From NCBI GenBank assembly GCA_018263655.1, contig JAANWY010000149.1, forward strand, positions 1-47,905: DNA of 47,905 bases, given 5' to 3'. Under the pieces are notes generated by a model. That model was not told the DNA's origin. It saw nothing but the letters and a program-made list of their open reading frames with translations, and did not search any database. Of this stretch, positions 27,698 to 36,944 are shown in pieces. Both the position numbers and the translations under genes were made by a program. How positions within the stretch are numbered: position 1 is the stretch's first letter; each line of letters opens with the position of its first letter. The DNA comes from Anaerolineales bacterium. Its GTDB lineage: Bacteria; Chloroflexota; Anaerolineae; Epilineales; JAANWY01.

Positions 27698-28651
27698 ATG
27701 AGAACGCTCATCTTCGCACCGGCATTCTACAACTTGGCCGAAACGACGCGGGCGGTAGAAATCGCCAAGGCCAGCCGGCATCACTTCGATTGCCGCTTCA
27801 TCAGCTATGGCGGTCAGTTCGAGGACGTGGTGCGCAAAGAGGGTTTCGAGATCCAGCCGATGGATCCGCAGCTTACGCCGGACCTCATCGACCACATCTA
27901 CGCCGTCGATAAGGGCGAGAAAAGGGGCGACATCATGCCTGTGGATGTCCTCGAACAGCGGGTCGCCAATGAGATCGAGTTGTGGCAGGCGGAGCAGCCG
28001 GCCGCAGCGTTGACGGGCTGGAGCTTGGGCGACTACTCTCTCATCGCCGACGTGCCCGAGTTCGCTGGCCTCGAGGCCGGTCCCAACCAGCACTTCATCG
28101 GCCCACTGATCGGCCGGCTGGACGCCCCCATACCCGAGGATCAGCCCATCGTGTATTTTGCCATGGGCAGTTCCGGCACGGCCGGCATCATCGCCGACAT
28201 CATGCCGGTGTTTGCCGGCCAACCGTATCGCGTCATCTCGCCCATCAAGTCGCTGGTCGAGGGGCTGGACGGGCGGTGCCCCACCTACGAAGTGCCGGCG
28301 AACGTCATTGTAACCGACTGGCTGCCGGCTCACGAGGTCAACCCTATGGCCGACATCTCGGTCATTCACGGCGGCATCGGCACAGTGATGACGGCCTGCC
28401 TGTCGGGAACGCCGGTGGTCGGGGTGGGGATGCAGCCGGAGCAGGAAGCCAACCTGGACTGTCTGGTACGCGCGGGGTGCGCTATTCGCCTCAGCAAGCG
28501 GCGTGTGACGGCCGAAGCGGTCGCCAACGCCATCGATGATCTGCTGGGCGACGCAGAAGCCAAGCGCCAAGCGAAGGAATTCCAGGCCATCCTCCAGCGA
28601 TGGGGTAATGGCGGCACCAACGCCGCCCAGTTCCTGGTAGAAACGTTGTAA
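27698..28651 (+). CDS. Glycosyltransferase (GT1/MGT-type UDP-glycosyltransferase family), shorter than typical
   Basis: C-terminal VIHGGIGTVMTACLSGTPVVGVGMQPEQEANLDCL nucleotide-sugar binding region. GGAGGAGG before the ATG. The TAA stop lies inside a repeat terminus. Confidence 0.7.
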   Translation: MRTLIFAPAFYNLAETTRAVEIAKASRHHFDCRFISYGGQFEDVVRKEGFEIQPMDPQLTPDLIDHIYAVDKGEKRGDIMPVDVLEQRVANEIELWQAEQPAAALTGWSLGDYSLIADVPEFAGLEAGPNQHFIGPLIGRLDAPIPEDQPIVYFAMGSSGTAGIIADIMPVFAGQPYRVISPIKSLVEGLDGRCPTYEVPANVIVTDWLPAHEVNPMADISVIHGGIGTVMTACLSGTPVVGVGMQPEQEANLDCLVRAGCAIRLSKRRVTAEAVANAIDDLLGDAEAKRQAKEFQAILQRWGNGGTNAAQFLVETL

Positions 28652-28900
28652 GCGTTCAGGGGGTAACCCATGGAGCATCCTGAGCGGCGTACTGAGCCTG
28701 TCGAAGGGTAGCTCGTAGCCCTTACGGGCTCAGGATAGACTCCGCGGAGAGCGTGCTGGCAGCCCACCGAAACCAAGGGAGCGGGTCTTGCCAAAGCCGC
28801 TTCACTTCGACAGGCTCAGTACAAGGGTTTCGATACGAGCCTTCCACTGGCGTTTCAGACTCTGCGGGCGGCCTCCGCCCGCCTCGACCGGCGCTTTCGC
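28648..28900. repeat. REP-rich element starting with the GTAAGCGTTCAGGGGG terminus
   Basis: 28648-28690 is the rc of the right end of the 13720-13980 element. REP-C variants at 28690-28708 and about 28806-28826. Confidence 0.7.
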
Positions 28901-29229
28901 TCAAGTCGTCTAGCTGGGCTTTACCCTAAGAACTTTTGAAACGGACCACTAGGTGTTTTAGGGGACGGATCAGAGGATACGGAGGATGATGGGTTGGTCC
29001 CACTGGTGGCAGCTATAGCACAGTCAATGTCATTAAGTTAGGAGTGTGGCTGAAGCGCTGCGCTGACAGCGTGCCGAGTTCGGACGGCAGGTTGATCGCG
29101 TTGCCCGGGTGAAAATCGATTTCGACGTCCGTCAACTGGACGCAAAAGTTGATCCCAAACAGAGCAAGCCCACGCCGGCTGATCAGCGTTTCGAAGTTAC
29201 GGATCAGCCGGCCAGAGTGGGCTAATGGA

Positions 29230-29475
29230 TTACCAAATAGTTCGGTAACTGGGCCGCAAGCTATCTTCTAGCTGGACGACGTCCGTCGCCTGGGGCCCCT
29301 TCGGGCTCTTATAGATGATGAAGTCTACGTGCTCACCTTCTTCCAGGTTTTTGAAGCCGATGCCTCGGATACCCGAATGATGGATGAATACGTCCTCGCC
29401 GTCTTCAGGTTGGATAAAACCGTAACCTTTTTGCCGGCTAAACCACTTTACCTTGCCAGTAGTACGTTGTGCCAT
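29230..29475 (-). CDS. Cold-shock protein (CspA family)
   Basis: [30 protein letters not shown] (RNP1/RNP2-like motifs), 81 aa. Confidence 0.9.
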   Translation of the reverse strand: MAQRTTGKVKWFSRQKGYGFIQPEDGEDVFIHHSGIRGIGFKNLEEGEHVDFIIYKSPKGPQATDVVQLEDSLRPSYRTIW

Positions 29476-29535
29476 AATTTTTACACCCCTTTCTTGGATG
29501 AATGTATGTAGGGGTCGGGGTTAGTCACTCGTCTC

Positions 29536-29662
29536 GAAAAACAAAAGGCCCGCTCTGGCACAGAGGTCAGAGTGGGCATCTGAAGTCGATCTTAGAAAAC
29601 AAACGTCCTGATCCTACAATCTGTAACGTATCTATTATACTTGATCGTTCGGAATCACGCAA
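29536..29662 (-). promoter_or_regulatory. csp promoter (TTGCGT-17-TATAAT) and ~150-nt leader containing a terminator-like hairpin
   Basis: -35 at 29662-29657, -10 at 29639-29634. Hairpin CCCACUCUG..CAGAGCGGG (29576-29549) followed by CCUUUUGUUUUU. Confidence 0.5.
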
Positions 29663-30267
29663 ATCGTCGCTCTTGACGTCAGGGATTCTGAAGCGAGCCG
29701 GCTGGAACTCGCGGTGGGGCGGGTAACCGCCGGCGGGATTTCGTTGGGCGAAAGGCCCCGCAGGCATTCCGCCAGCAGGTCAATTTGGCTGATTAGCGTA
29801 GGTTCCTTCAATAGGCTGTTGCTGTCAGCCTCGGGCAGCCGCAGAACCGCCCGCAAATCGAAGGCGCCCACACCACCCCGCTTGAGCGCCCGCTCCAGGG
29901 TGGTGAAGCCATCGGCCCAGGTGATAATGTGTATGCCAAGCTCCGGCCCCTCCTCGGCCAGGTGCAGCAGTTGCTTGCCGGCCTCGGACTGACCGTAGGG
30001 ATCCGGTGGGCGCAGCTCCCGCCAGCGATGCAGGCCGGCGATGAGGAAATAGACGTCCGGCTCGTCCGGTGTCCCACCCTCCAGGCGCTGTTCCACCAGC
30101 GCAGTCAGTTGGGTCAGCAGCCTACCGACCTCACGCGGACCCGCCGCCTCCAGCGGGTGAAGCAGGGACAGGTCCTCGAACAGGCCGGCGAAGGGAGATG
30201 CCGGGCGGGCGAAGTTGGCCACGAGGAAGCGGGCATCGTCGGGCGCGCGCTGGGCGGCCAGGCTCAA
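29635..30267 (-). pseudogene. C-terminal fragment of an FtsK/SpoIIIE-family ATPase (no Walker A)
   Basis: DVYFLIAGLHRWRELR ... EGPELGIHIITWADGFTTLERALKRGGVGAFDLRAVLRLPEADSNSLL resembles the distal half of an FtsK-like NTPase domain. The frame begins (TTG) right after the upstream gene's stop, and its tail overlaps the csp promoter. Confidence 0.45.
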
Positions 30268-30269
30268 CC

Positions 30270-30668
30270 CTACCCTGTACCGTCAGTGTCATTGAGCAAT
30301 TGCGTCAACGCCGCCGGCCCATCCAGCAGAAGCCGCAGCTCGTTGAGCACATTGCGCCCCAACACAACCTCATCACCCAACTCGTCGCCGACAACGTAGA
30401 TGCCGGGCAACGTCAGCTCGGCGATCTGAAGATCGACCAGATACAAGAACACCGTTCGTCGTTCACCCCACTGGCTACGCAGGCCGGCCTCGAAGGCACG
30501 CCTCGCACCAATCTGCTGTAGATGTTCCACAGGGATCATCGTGCCGTCAGCACCGGTATCGATAATTGCCGTCAACTCGACATTGCGACCAGTGGGCGGT
30601 GCAGTCAACACTACATCGCACACGGGCATCGCAGGATCATACGTGGTGTCGAAGGGAAACTCCGTCAT
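30270..30668 (-). CDS. Retropepsin-like (clan AA) aspartic protease
   Basis: IIDTGADGTMIP (DTGA active-site motif), 132 aa. ATGA overlap with the upstream gene. Confidence 0.7.
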   Translation of the reverse strand: MTEFPFDTTYDPAMPVCDVVLTAPPTGRNVELTAIIDTGADGTMIPVEHLQQIGARRAFEAGLRSQWGERRTVFLYLVDLQIAELTLPGIYVVGDELGDEVVLGRNVLNELRLLLDGPAALTQLLNDTDGTG

Positions 30669-31042
30669 CAGGCTGGCTTGACTCCTTCGATTCGTCCTCC
30701 GATCCAGCGAAGATCCTGGCGCACTCCTGGCTTGACCGGAGCAATCAGAACCGGCAGTAGACCGAATCGTTCCCGAACTCGCCTCTCCAAGCGCGAAACA
30801 TCCTCGTCGTGATCGACGACGCTGCTTTGACGCATGGCGACAAACTGACCGTTATATGTCTTCAACAGTTCTTCGTGCATCGCCCAGAATGCCTCGGTTT
30901 CGGCGTGAATTGCCTGTCGTTCCAGTTCATCCAAGTAGGTCCGAACGGCCGTTTCCAGCACCTGTTCCGCCGGCTGGGTTGTCCCATCGGCCAACTGTTC
31001 TAATTGGCTCACCAGCGTCGGTTCCTTCAACTCTAGTCCCAT
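30668..31042 (-). CDS. Small conserved hypothetical protein coupled to the aspartic protease
   Basis: ATG at 31042 after GAGAGAGGAA. The ...GQFVAMRQSSVVDHDEDVSRLERRVRERFGLLPVLIAPV pattern is reminiscent of DUF5678-type partners. The family call is tentative. Confidence 0.5.
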   Translation of the reverse strand: MGLELKEPTLVSQLEQLADGTTQPAEQVLETAVRTYLDELERQAIHAETEAFWAMHEELLKTYNGQFVAMRQSSVVDHDEDVSRLERRVRERFGLLPVLIAPVKPGVRQDLRWIGGRIEGVKPA

Positions 31043-31201
31043 AGCTTGATTCCTCTCTCGCTCGCTGAATGCGACCAGCCTACCCAATCACATGACATAT
31101 TCTAAATGTTGACTCTATTGTATCAGATAACTATGCTCTGTCGCAAGCTGAAGGTATCTTCTTCAGACACTTCAAGATACTGTCAGCCAAGAGCTCCGCG
31201 C

Positions 31202-31276
31202 TTGACAAGTTTGCGCTTGTAATATACAATCTTCTGTAAGGAGGAATGTCATTCAATAATAATGAATGACATTCCT
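31202..31276 (+). promoter_or_regulatory. Promoter (TTGACA-17-TACAAT) plus a perfect 14-bp inverted repeat overlapping the iclR-type start codon
   Basis: -35 at 31202-31207, -10 at 31225-31230. AGGAATGTCATTCA (31242-31255) / TGAATGACATTCCT (31263-31276). Confidence 0.55.
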
Positions 31277-32110
31277 CGCGCTGTTGGTTGCTTATCAGCG
31301 AAGACTGGAGTGTGTTGCGTGGTCAATTCTGTCCTCAAGGCAATTAGAATCATGGACTTATTCAGCGCCTCCGAAGCACGGCTTAGCCTGGCAGAAATCA
31401 GCAGCCGCTTAGACATGCCAAAGAGCACGGCGCACAACCTGCTAAACACACTCCTATCGGAAGGCTATATCGAAAAGGTTGATGGCGACCTCTATGCCCT
31501 CGGTACAGCGCCCCTGATCCTGACTCAGAGGATACGCGTGAATGTCGAAATTCGCGACCCGGCCGCGCCGCTATTGCGAAAGTTGGCCGACCGCGCACGA
31601 GAGTCCGTTTACCTGACCGTAAAGGATGGCGACTACGCTTTGTACATCTATGCAGTGGAGTCGCCACAGCGCCTGCTGGCCCGCACCGCGGTGGGCGACC
31701 GTGTTTCGCTGCACTGCACATCGGTGGGTAAGGCGATCCTGGCCTCGTTACCTGAGACAGAGGTGGACGCGATTGTCGAGCGGGTTGGGTTGCCGGCCTT
31801 CACCGAAAACACCATCGACAACCTCGACGACCTGAGAACGGATTTGGCGCAGACGCGAGAGCGCGGCTACACGGTCGATACGCAGGAGCACGAAGCCAAC
31901 ACCTTCTGTATCGGCGCGCCCATCTTCGATAGGCGGGGGCGCGTAATCGCCTCGTGCAGTATCTCGGGTGCCAGTCAGAGCATCGTTACTGATAGACTCG
32001 CTGACTTGTCCGCCGAGGTTGTGGATACCGCGCAGGAGATATCGCGCCGCATGGGCTACGTGCCCACCCGAGCATCGTCCATGCTACGGACACAGGTTGG
32101 ACAGCGGTAG
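31262..32110 (+). CDS. IclR-family transcriptional regulator
   Basis: N-terminal wHTH ([41 protein letters not shown]) and a C-terminal IclR effector domain. The exact start is uncertain. Confidence 0.8.
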   Translation: MNDIPRAVGCLSAKTGVCCVVNSVLKAIRIMDLFSASEARLSLAEISSRLDMPKSTAHNLLNTLLSEGYIEKVDGDLYALGTAPLILTQRIRVNVEIRDPAAPLLRKLADRARESVYLTVKDGDYALYIYAVESPQRLLARTAVGDRVSLHCTSVGKAILASLPETEVDAIVERVGLPAFTENTIDNLDDLRTDLAQTRERGYTVDTQEHEANTFCIGAPIFDRRGRVIASCSISGASQSIVTDRLADLSAEVVDTAQEISRRMGYVPTRASSMLRTQVGQR

Positions 32111-32128
32111 ACGGCATCGGTAGACAGC

Positions 32129-33160
32129 ATGCCTATGTTCAGCAAAGGTCCCATTTTCCAGCAGCTTTCCGACCGTCCTATGGCACATTGCGCAACGTTG
32201 ACCGAGCTACCCGACGGATCGTTACTGGCGGCGTGGTTTGGTGGTTCGTTTGAGACTGCGCCCGATGTTGTGATTCTGGCTTCGGAATATGATCCGGTGC
32301 GCGGGGACTGGTCTCCACCACGCCTCATCGCCGAAGTGCCAGGCCATTCGCTGGGCCAGCCCGTCTTCCTCGTGCGGCCTGACGGTGAGCTGTGGCTTTT
32401 CTTCGTCGTGATCATGGGCGGAGGGGAGGCGCCTTCTCCGCCGGCCTCGTCCAGTCGCAACCTGATGCCACCGTTGGCGGACTGGACCAGTGCGCAGCCA
32501 CACTGGCAACGCTCGCTCGATGGTGGGCGGACCTGGGAGAGCCCAGAGCAATTGATGGATTATGCAGGGTTGATGTTCCGCAGCCGGCCCCTGATCTTGC
32601 CGGACCGCATCATCCTGCCCGTGTACGACGAGAACACCTGGGAATCGCGGATGTTGATCTCCGACGATGACGGGCGCTCCTGGCGGTTGACGGAGCCTAT
32701 CGTCACGTCGCCTGGCAACATCCATCCGTGTCTGGCGCCGCTATCCGATGGACGGCTGCTGGCCTACTTGCGCACGGGCGGTGAAGGCGGCTTCATCTGG
32801 CGCACCGAATCGGCCGACGGTGGGGAAACGTGGGCGACGCCCCGGCCGACATCTCTGGTCAACCCAAACAGCGGTCTTGACCTCCTTCGTTTGCAGAGTG
32901 GAAGACTCGTGCTGGCCTTCAACAACAGCGACCGCTACCGTACACCCCTCTGCGTCGCTCTGGCCGAAGAAGATGAGGTCTGGCAGTGGTGGCGAACGCT
33001 GGAAGATGAGCATGCGGAGTTCTCGTATCCAACACTCTTGCAGACAGAGGATGGGACGATTCACATCGTCTATACTTACAAACGAGAACACATTCACCAT
33101 GCATACTTCACCGCAGAATGGTTGCGAAAAGGCGAGGTTCATGATGAATCTGAAGATTAA
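32129..33160 (+). CDS. Sialidase-like BNR/Asp-box repeat protein (no signal peptide seen)
   Basis: Asp-boxes [25 protein letters not shown]-terminus has no obvious signal sequence. Confidence 0.7.
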   Translation: MPMFSKGPIFQQLSDRPMAHCATLTELPDGSLLAAWFGGSFETAPDVVILASEYDPVRGDWSPPRLIAEVPGHSLGQPVFLVRPDGELWLFFVVIMGGGEAPSPPASSSRNLMPPLADWTSAQPHWQRSLDGGRTWESPEQLMDYAGLMFRSRPLILPDRIILPVYDENTWESRMLISDDDGRSWRLTEPIVTSPGNIHPCLAPLSDGRLLAYLRTGGEGGFIWRTESADGGETWATPRPTSLVNPNSGLDLLRLQSGRLVLAFNNSDRYRTPLCVALAEEDEVWQWWRTLEDEHAEFSYPTLLQTEDGTIHIVYTYKREHIHHAYFTAEWLRKGEVHDESED

Positions 33161-34046
33161 GGGCGTGATCGTCCCGCTCCTCACACCGTTTGATGAGGGA
33201 GGAGAGGTCAACCCGGCGGCGACAAAACGGCTCGTCGAGTTCTTGATCGCGCGGGGAGTCCGTGGGTTGTTCCCTGCCGGCACCACTGGAGAAGGACCAC
33301 TACTCACGATACAGGAACGCCGGCAACTGGCGAAAGCTGTCGTCGAAGCTGCCGACGGGCGGGTTCCCGTCATCGTGCATGCCGGCGCCACCACCACTCG
33401 TGAGGCGATCGGGTTAACACGACACGCACAGGATATCGGCGCGCAGGCAGCAGCCATCATACCGCCGTATTTCTATCAGCACAGCGACGAGGGCTTGTTG
33501 TGCCATTTCGAATCGGTGGCGCAGCAGGCGCCGGATTTCCCCATTTACCTGTACAACAACCCGCCGGTTTCCGGTCACGATCTGTCAGCCGAATTGGTTA
33601 CCCGGTTGGTCGAGCGTTGCCCGAATGTCGTGGGGATGAAAGATAGCAGTGGCCGGCTGGGAACGTTGGCCGCTTGCGCCTCACTGCGTGACGGAGACTT
33701 CAACACGGCAAACGGCGATGACGGGTTGATCCTGGCTGCCCTGGCCATGGGGTTTGATGCCTGTGTTTCGGGCAACGCAAATGTGGTACCCGAGTTGGTT
33801 GTGGCATTGTATGACACGGTTACTGCGGACAGCCTGGCAGAGGCCAGGGGGCTGCAGAGAAAGCTTGACGCGGTACGGCAGATTCTGGGCGATGGGGGTG
33901 GCTTGTCGTTGTTCAAAGGCGCCCTGGCCCGGCGTGGTCTGGATGCCGGCGGTGTGCGGGCGCCGCTGCTTCAGGCGTCTGAGGCCGCAATCGCAGAACG
34001 CTGGCAGGCCTTGAACGCGCTAGGCCTGGACTTGAATCTCGCCTAA
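33141..34046 (+). CDS. DapA/N-acetylneuraminate-lyase-family aldolase
   Basis: [17 protein letters not shown]..., [15 protein letters not shown], and a lysine region MKDSSG. Start at 33141 or 33144 overlaps the upstream gene's end. Confidence 0.8.
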   Translation: MMNLKIKGVIVPLLTPFDEGGEVNPAATKRLVEFLIARGVRGLFPAGTTGEGPLLTIQERRQLAKAVVEAADGRVPVIVHAGATTTREAIGLTRHAQDIGAQAAAIIPPYFYQHSDEGLLCHFESVAQQAPDFPIYLYNNPPVSGHDLSAELVTRLVERCPNVVGMKDSSGRLGTLAACASLRDGDFNTANGDDGLILAALAMGFDACVSGNANVVPELVVALYDTVTADSLAEARGLQRKLDAVRQILGDGGGLSLFKGALARRGLDAGGVRAPLLQASEAAIAERWQALNALGLDLNLA

Positions 34047-34221
34047 CACCCCGCAAGGAAGGAGGTGGTACACAGCAAGATCGGATAAATCCCACACATT
34101 GTGGCAAATCGGTCAAGTCAACTCGAGTTGCAGGAGGGTGTACATCCCGAATCTGTCCGTCGATTTGCTAAATCGACCTACAGAGGTGGGATGTGCCTCA
34201 TAAGACAGGAGGAGTAGAACA

Positions 34222-35610
34222 ATGAGAAGTAAATTGGCAATTGGTCTGTTGGTGGCTTTGAGCATCGTGCTGGTCGCTTGCGGACCTCAGGCTGCACCTT
34301 CACCTCAGGTTGTCAAAGAGACAGTCGAGGTTGAGAAAGAAGTAGTCGTCAAAGAGACCGTCGAGGTGGAGAAAGAGGTGGTCGTCACAGCCACCCCCGA
34401 GGCAAGGCCGGTGGCAGAGAAGTACTCGCTCTTCTACAACACGCTCTTCCACGGCGGCGATGCCCAAGCCATGGAACGCATCGTGAAGAAGTACAACGAA
34501 GCGCATGGGAATACCCAGCTCACCTTGGCACAGGGGCAGTGGTCTCAATACTATGCTCAGCTCACGAACGCTGTGATCGCTGGCAACGCTCCTCAGATCG
34601 GCATCGTCCACACCAACATGCTGCCGGAGATGTACCCCGCGCTCATGCCGCTGGAGGAGACGCCGGCCGGCAATCTGTTGGAGGCCGGGGGGATCGAGCC
34701 TGGGAACTACATCGAGTCACTCTGGAAGGCCGGCGAGAAGGACGGTCGTCGTTACCTCATCCCGCTGGACACGCACATGTTCGGGATGTGGTACAACCGC
34801 GACATCTTCGAAGAAGCCGGCTTGGACCCCGACAGCCCGCCTCAGACGATGGAGGAGTTCATCGCCGCAGCCGACGCGATCCGCGATGCGGGTTACGCCG
34901 CTTTCCACCCGGCTGAGGATGCACTGCCCAGGAAGCTGCGACGCGCTTGGATGGTCTTCTTCTGGCAGCAGGGCGGCGAGCTGTTCGACGAAGGTTACAC
35001 CCAGGCCACGTTCAACAATGAGCAGGGGCTCAAAGCCCTGGAGTTCCTGGTCAGCATGGTCCAGGAGCGCAGCTGGAACGAGCCCGGGACTGATGGGTTC
35101 AAGCAGTTCACGGCCGGCGAACTGGGCATGTTCGTGGCGGGCAACTGGATGTACTGGACTGCCTCGGAGAGCGACGTCAACTGGGACTTCGCGCCGATGC
35201 CCGTGTTCTTCGATCAGCCGGCTACCTGGGGCAACAGCCACAACTTGGTGATCCCCAAGCAGCCCGGCGGTGTGTCGAACGAGGTACTAGTCAAGGCGGC
35301 CGAGGCGATCAAGTGGATCAACGAGAACTCTGACACCTGGGGCATCTACGGCGGCCACATTCCGGCGTACAAGCCGACCCTCGAAAGCGAGGAGCTGCAG
35401 GAGTCAGATACGTGGCAGGGCGCCCTGGCCCAGTTCGCCGACATGGCGAGCAAGGGCTGGGTCCACTACCCCATTACTCATCCCAAGGCCTCACAACTGA
35501 ATAACGCGATCCAAGTTTACGTTCAGGAGGCCTACAACGGGACGATCTCACCGCAGGAGGCCCTGGACAAGGCAGAGGCAGAGTGCAATCAGATCCTGCA
35601 GAGTGACTAG
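34222..35610 (+). CDS. Sugar ABC transporter substrate-binding lipoprotein (family 1 / CUT1)
   Basis: Lipobox LVALSIVLVAC. 462 aa. AGGAGGAG before the ATG. Followed by two CUT1 permeases. Confidence 0.85.
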   Translation: MRSKLAIGLLVALSIVLVACGPQAAPSPQVVKETVEVEKEVVVKETVEVEKEVVVTATPEARPVAEKYSLFYNTLFHGGDAQAMERIVKKYNEAHGNTQLTLAQGQWSQYYAQLTNAVIAGNAPQIGIVHTNMLPEMYPALMPLEETPAGNLLEAGGIEPGNYIESLWKAGEKDGRRYLIPLDTHMFGMWYNRDIFEEAGLDPDSPPQTMEEFIAAADAIRDAGYAAFHPAEDALPRKLRRAWMVFFWQQGGELFDEGYTQATFNNEQGLKALEFLVSMVQERSWNEPGTDGFKQFTAGELGMFVAGNWMYWTASESDVNWDFAPMPVFFDQPATWGNSHNLVIPKQPGGVSNEVLVKAAEAIKWINENSDTWGIYGGHIPAYKPTLESEELQESDTWQGALAQFADMASKGWVHYPITHPKASQLNNAIQVYVQEAYNGTISPQEALDKAEAECNQILQSD

Positions 35611-35634
35611 CGCTCTATCGGTATAGGATGGCTT

Positions 35635-35689
35635 GTAGTGGCGACTTCAGTCGCCTATCGAATCACAGGACGACTGAAGTCGTCACTAC
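35635..35689 (+). terminator. 19-bp (one mismatch) hairpin after the SBP gene, related to family-B termini
   Basis: gtagtggcgacttcagtcg / cgactgaagtcgtcactac, followed by the family-B-like ACTACGAAC. Confidence 0.45.
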
Positions 35690-36044
35690 GAACTCGTCAG
35701 AATTGGGTTGAGGGGGCATTAGAGCGCGTGGGTTTGGAGGCAATGGCGGCCGGCAGTGCATCGCGCCCCCAGTTCACTCTGAGCGTGAGGGGTACACGAT
35801 GCGCTGTCGGCCCCAGGTCAGCGAACATGTTATATACGTAATACAGCTTGAGCTGACGGGAGATCAACAGCCCCCACGGACGGAAAGAAACACGGATAAA
35901 AACAGAAAAAGATAAACATCCGTGTTTTCTTCTATCCGTGAGGAGATTTCTTGCCGTCCGTTCGCGATCTACGGTAAGCCTTGCGATGACTTGTTACGTA
36001 TAAGTGATCACCGCTTACTGATGACTGACATATGTGGGGAATGC

Positions 36045-36938
36045 ATGAAAGGGCCACTACGGCGTCTCAGACGAAACAAGGAAATCGAGGGACTACTCTT
36101 CATACTGCCCTATGGCATCGTGTGGGCGGTTTTTCTCGTCGCGCCTGTCGTTTATGGCTTCTATATCAGCCTCTTTAAATGGCAGCCACTGTTGGGCTCG
36201 GAGTTTATCGGGCTCAAGAACTACATCAACCTTCTCCATGACTCGCGATTCTGGAATGCTTTTCGGAACACGGTCTGGTTTGCGGCGTTGACTATTCCAC
36301 TGATTCTGGGCATCGGGTTGTTGTATGCCTTGATCTTGCGCGGGGTTGAAAAATGGAAAGGCAGCGGCTTCATAGAATCGGCGTTTTTCTATCCTTATCT
36401 GCTAAATGTGTCCATCATCAGCATTGTCTGGAAGTGGTTACTTGACCCCGATTTCGGCCTGGTGCTGGGCTACCTCGAATCCGTAGGCATAGACCCGCCC
36501 CATTTTCTGAATCATCCCTTCTGGGTGATACCGGCCATTGCTTTCGCGACAGCGTGGTGGCTGGCCGGGTATCGGATGATCGTCTTCAAGGCCGCGATAG
36601 AGGATATCCCGACTGAGATCTACGAAATGGCCGAAATCGACGGCGTTAATGTCTTTTCGCGTTTTCTGCGTATAACGCTCCCTCTCTTGAAGCCGGCCAT
36701 CTTGTTTTCGCTGGTCTTGACAGCGATCTCGGCGTTTCGCGTCCTGGGTCAAATCCTGATGATGACGGAGGGCGGCCCCGGGCGATCATCAGAGGTCATG
36801 GCTTTGTACCTCTACCGAGCCGGCTGGCAAGCGCTGGAGATGGGTAAAGCCGCCGCTATCGGTTTCATTCTTTTCCTCGTCATCCTAGTCTTCACGCTCT
36901 TAGGGTTCAGGTTCTTGGGGTTTGAATCTGAACTGTAG
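36045..36938 (+). CDS. Sugar ABC transporter permease (MalF/UgpA-like)
   Basis: Multi-TM with the EAA-like region EMAEIDGVNVFSRFLRITLPLLKP. ATG at 36045 preferred over the longer track ORF. Confidence 0.85.
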   Translation: MKGPLRRLRRNKEIEGLLFILPYGIVWAVFLVAPVVYGFYISLFKWQPLLGSEFIGLKNYINLLHDSRFWNAFRNTVWFAALTIPLILGIGLLYALILRGVEKWKGSGFIESAFFYPYLLNVSIISIVWKWLLDPDFGLVLGYLESVGIDPPHFLNHPFWVIPAIAFATAWWLAGYRMIVFKAAIEDIPTEIYEMAEIDGVNVFSRFLRITLPLLKPAILFSLVLTAISAFRVLGQILMMTEGGPGRSSEVMALYLYRAGWQALEMGKAAAIGFILFLVILVFTLLGFRFLGFESEL

Positions 36939-36944
36939 GCCTGA

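Noticed and set aside
27407-28678. 423-aa minus-strand ORF
   Set aside because: It is antisense to the glycosyltransferase gene, which has a good SD and a recognisable nucleotide-sugar binding motif. The antisense product has no motifs and is Arg/His-rich.
29041-29229. Short minus-strand frame (…RLIRNFETLISRRGLALFGINFCVQLTDVEIDFHPGNAINLPSELGTL…) downstream of csp
   Set aside because: It has no start codon context, falls below the ORF-track threshold, and belongs to no family I recognise. It overlaps a hairpin (ccggctgatc…gatcagccgg) that is more simply read as a csp 3' structure.
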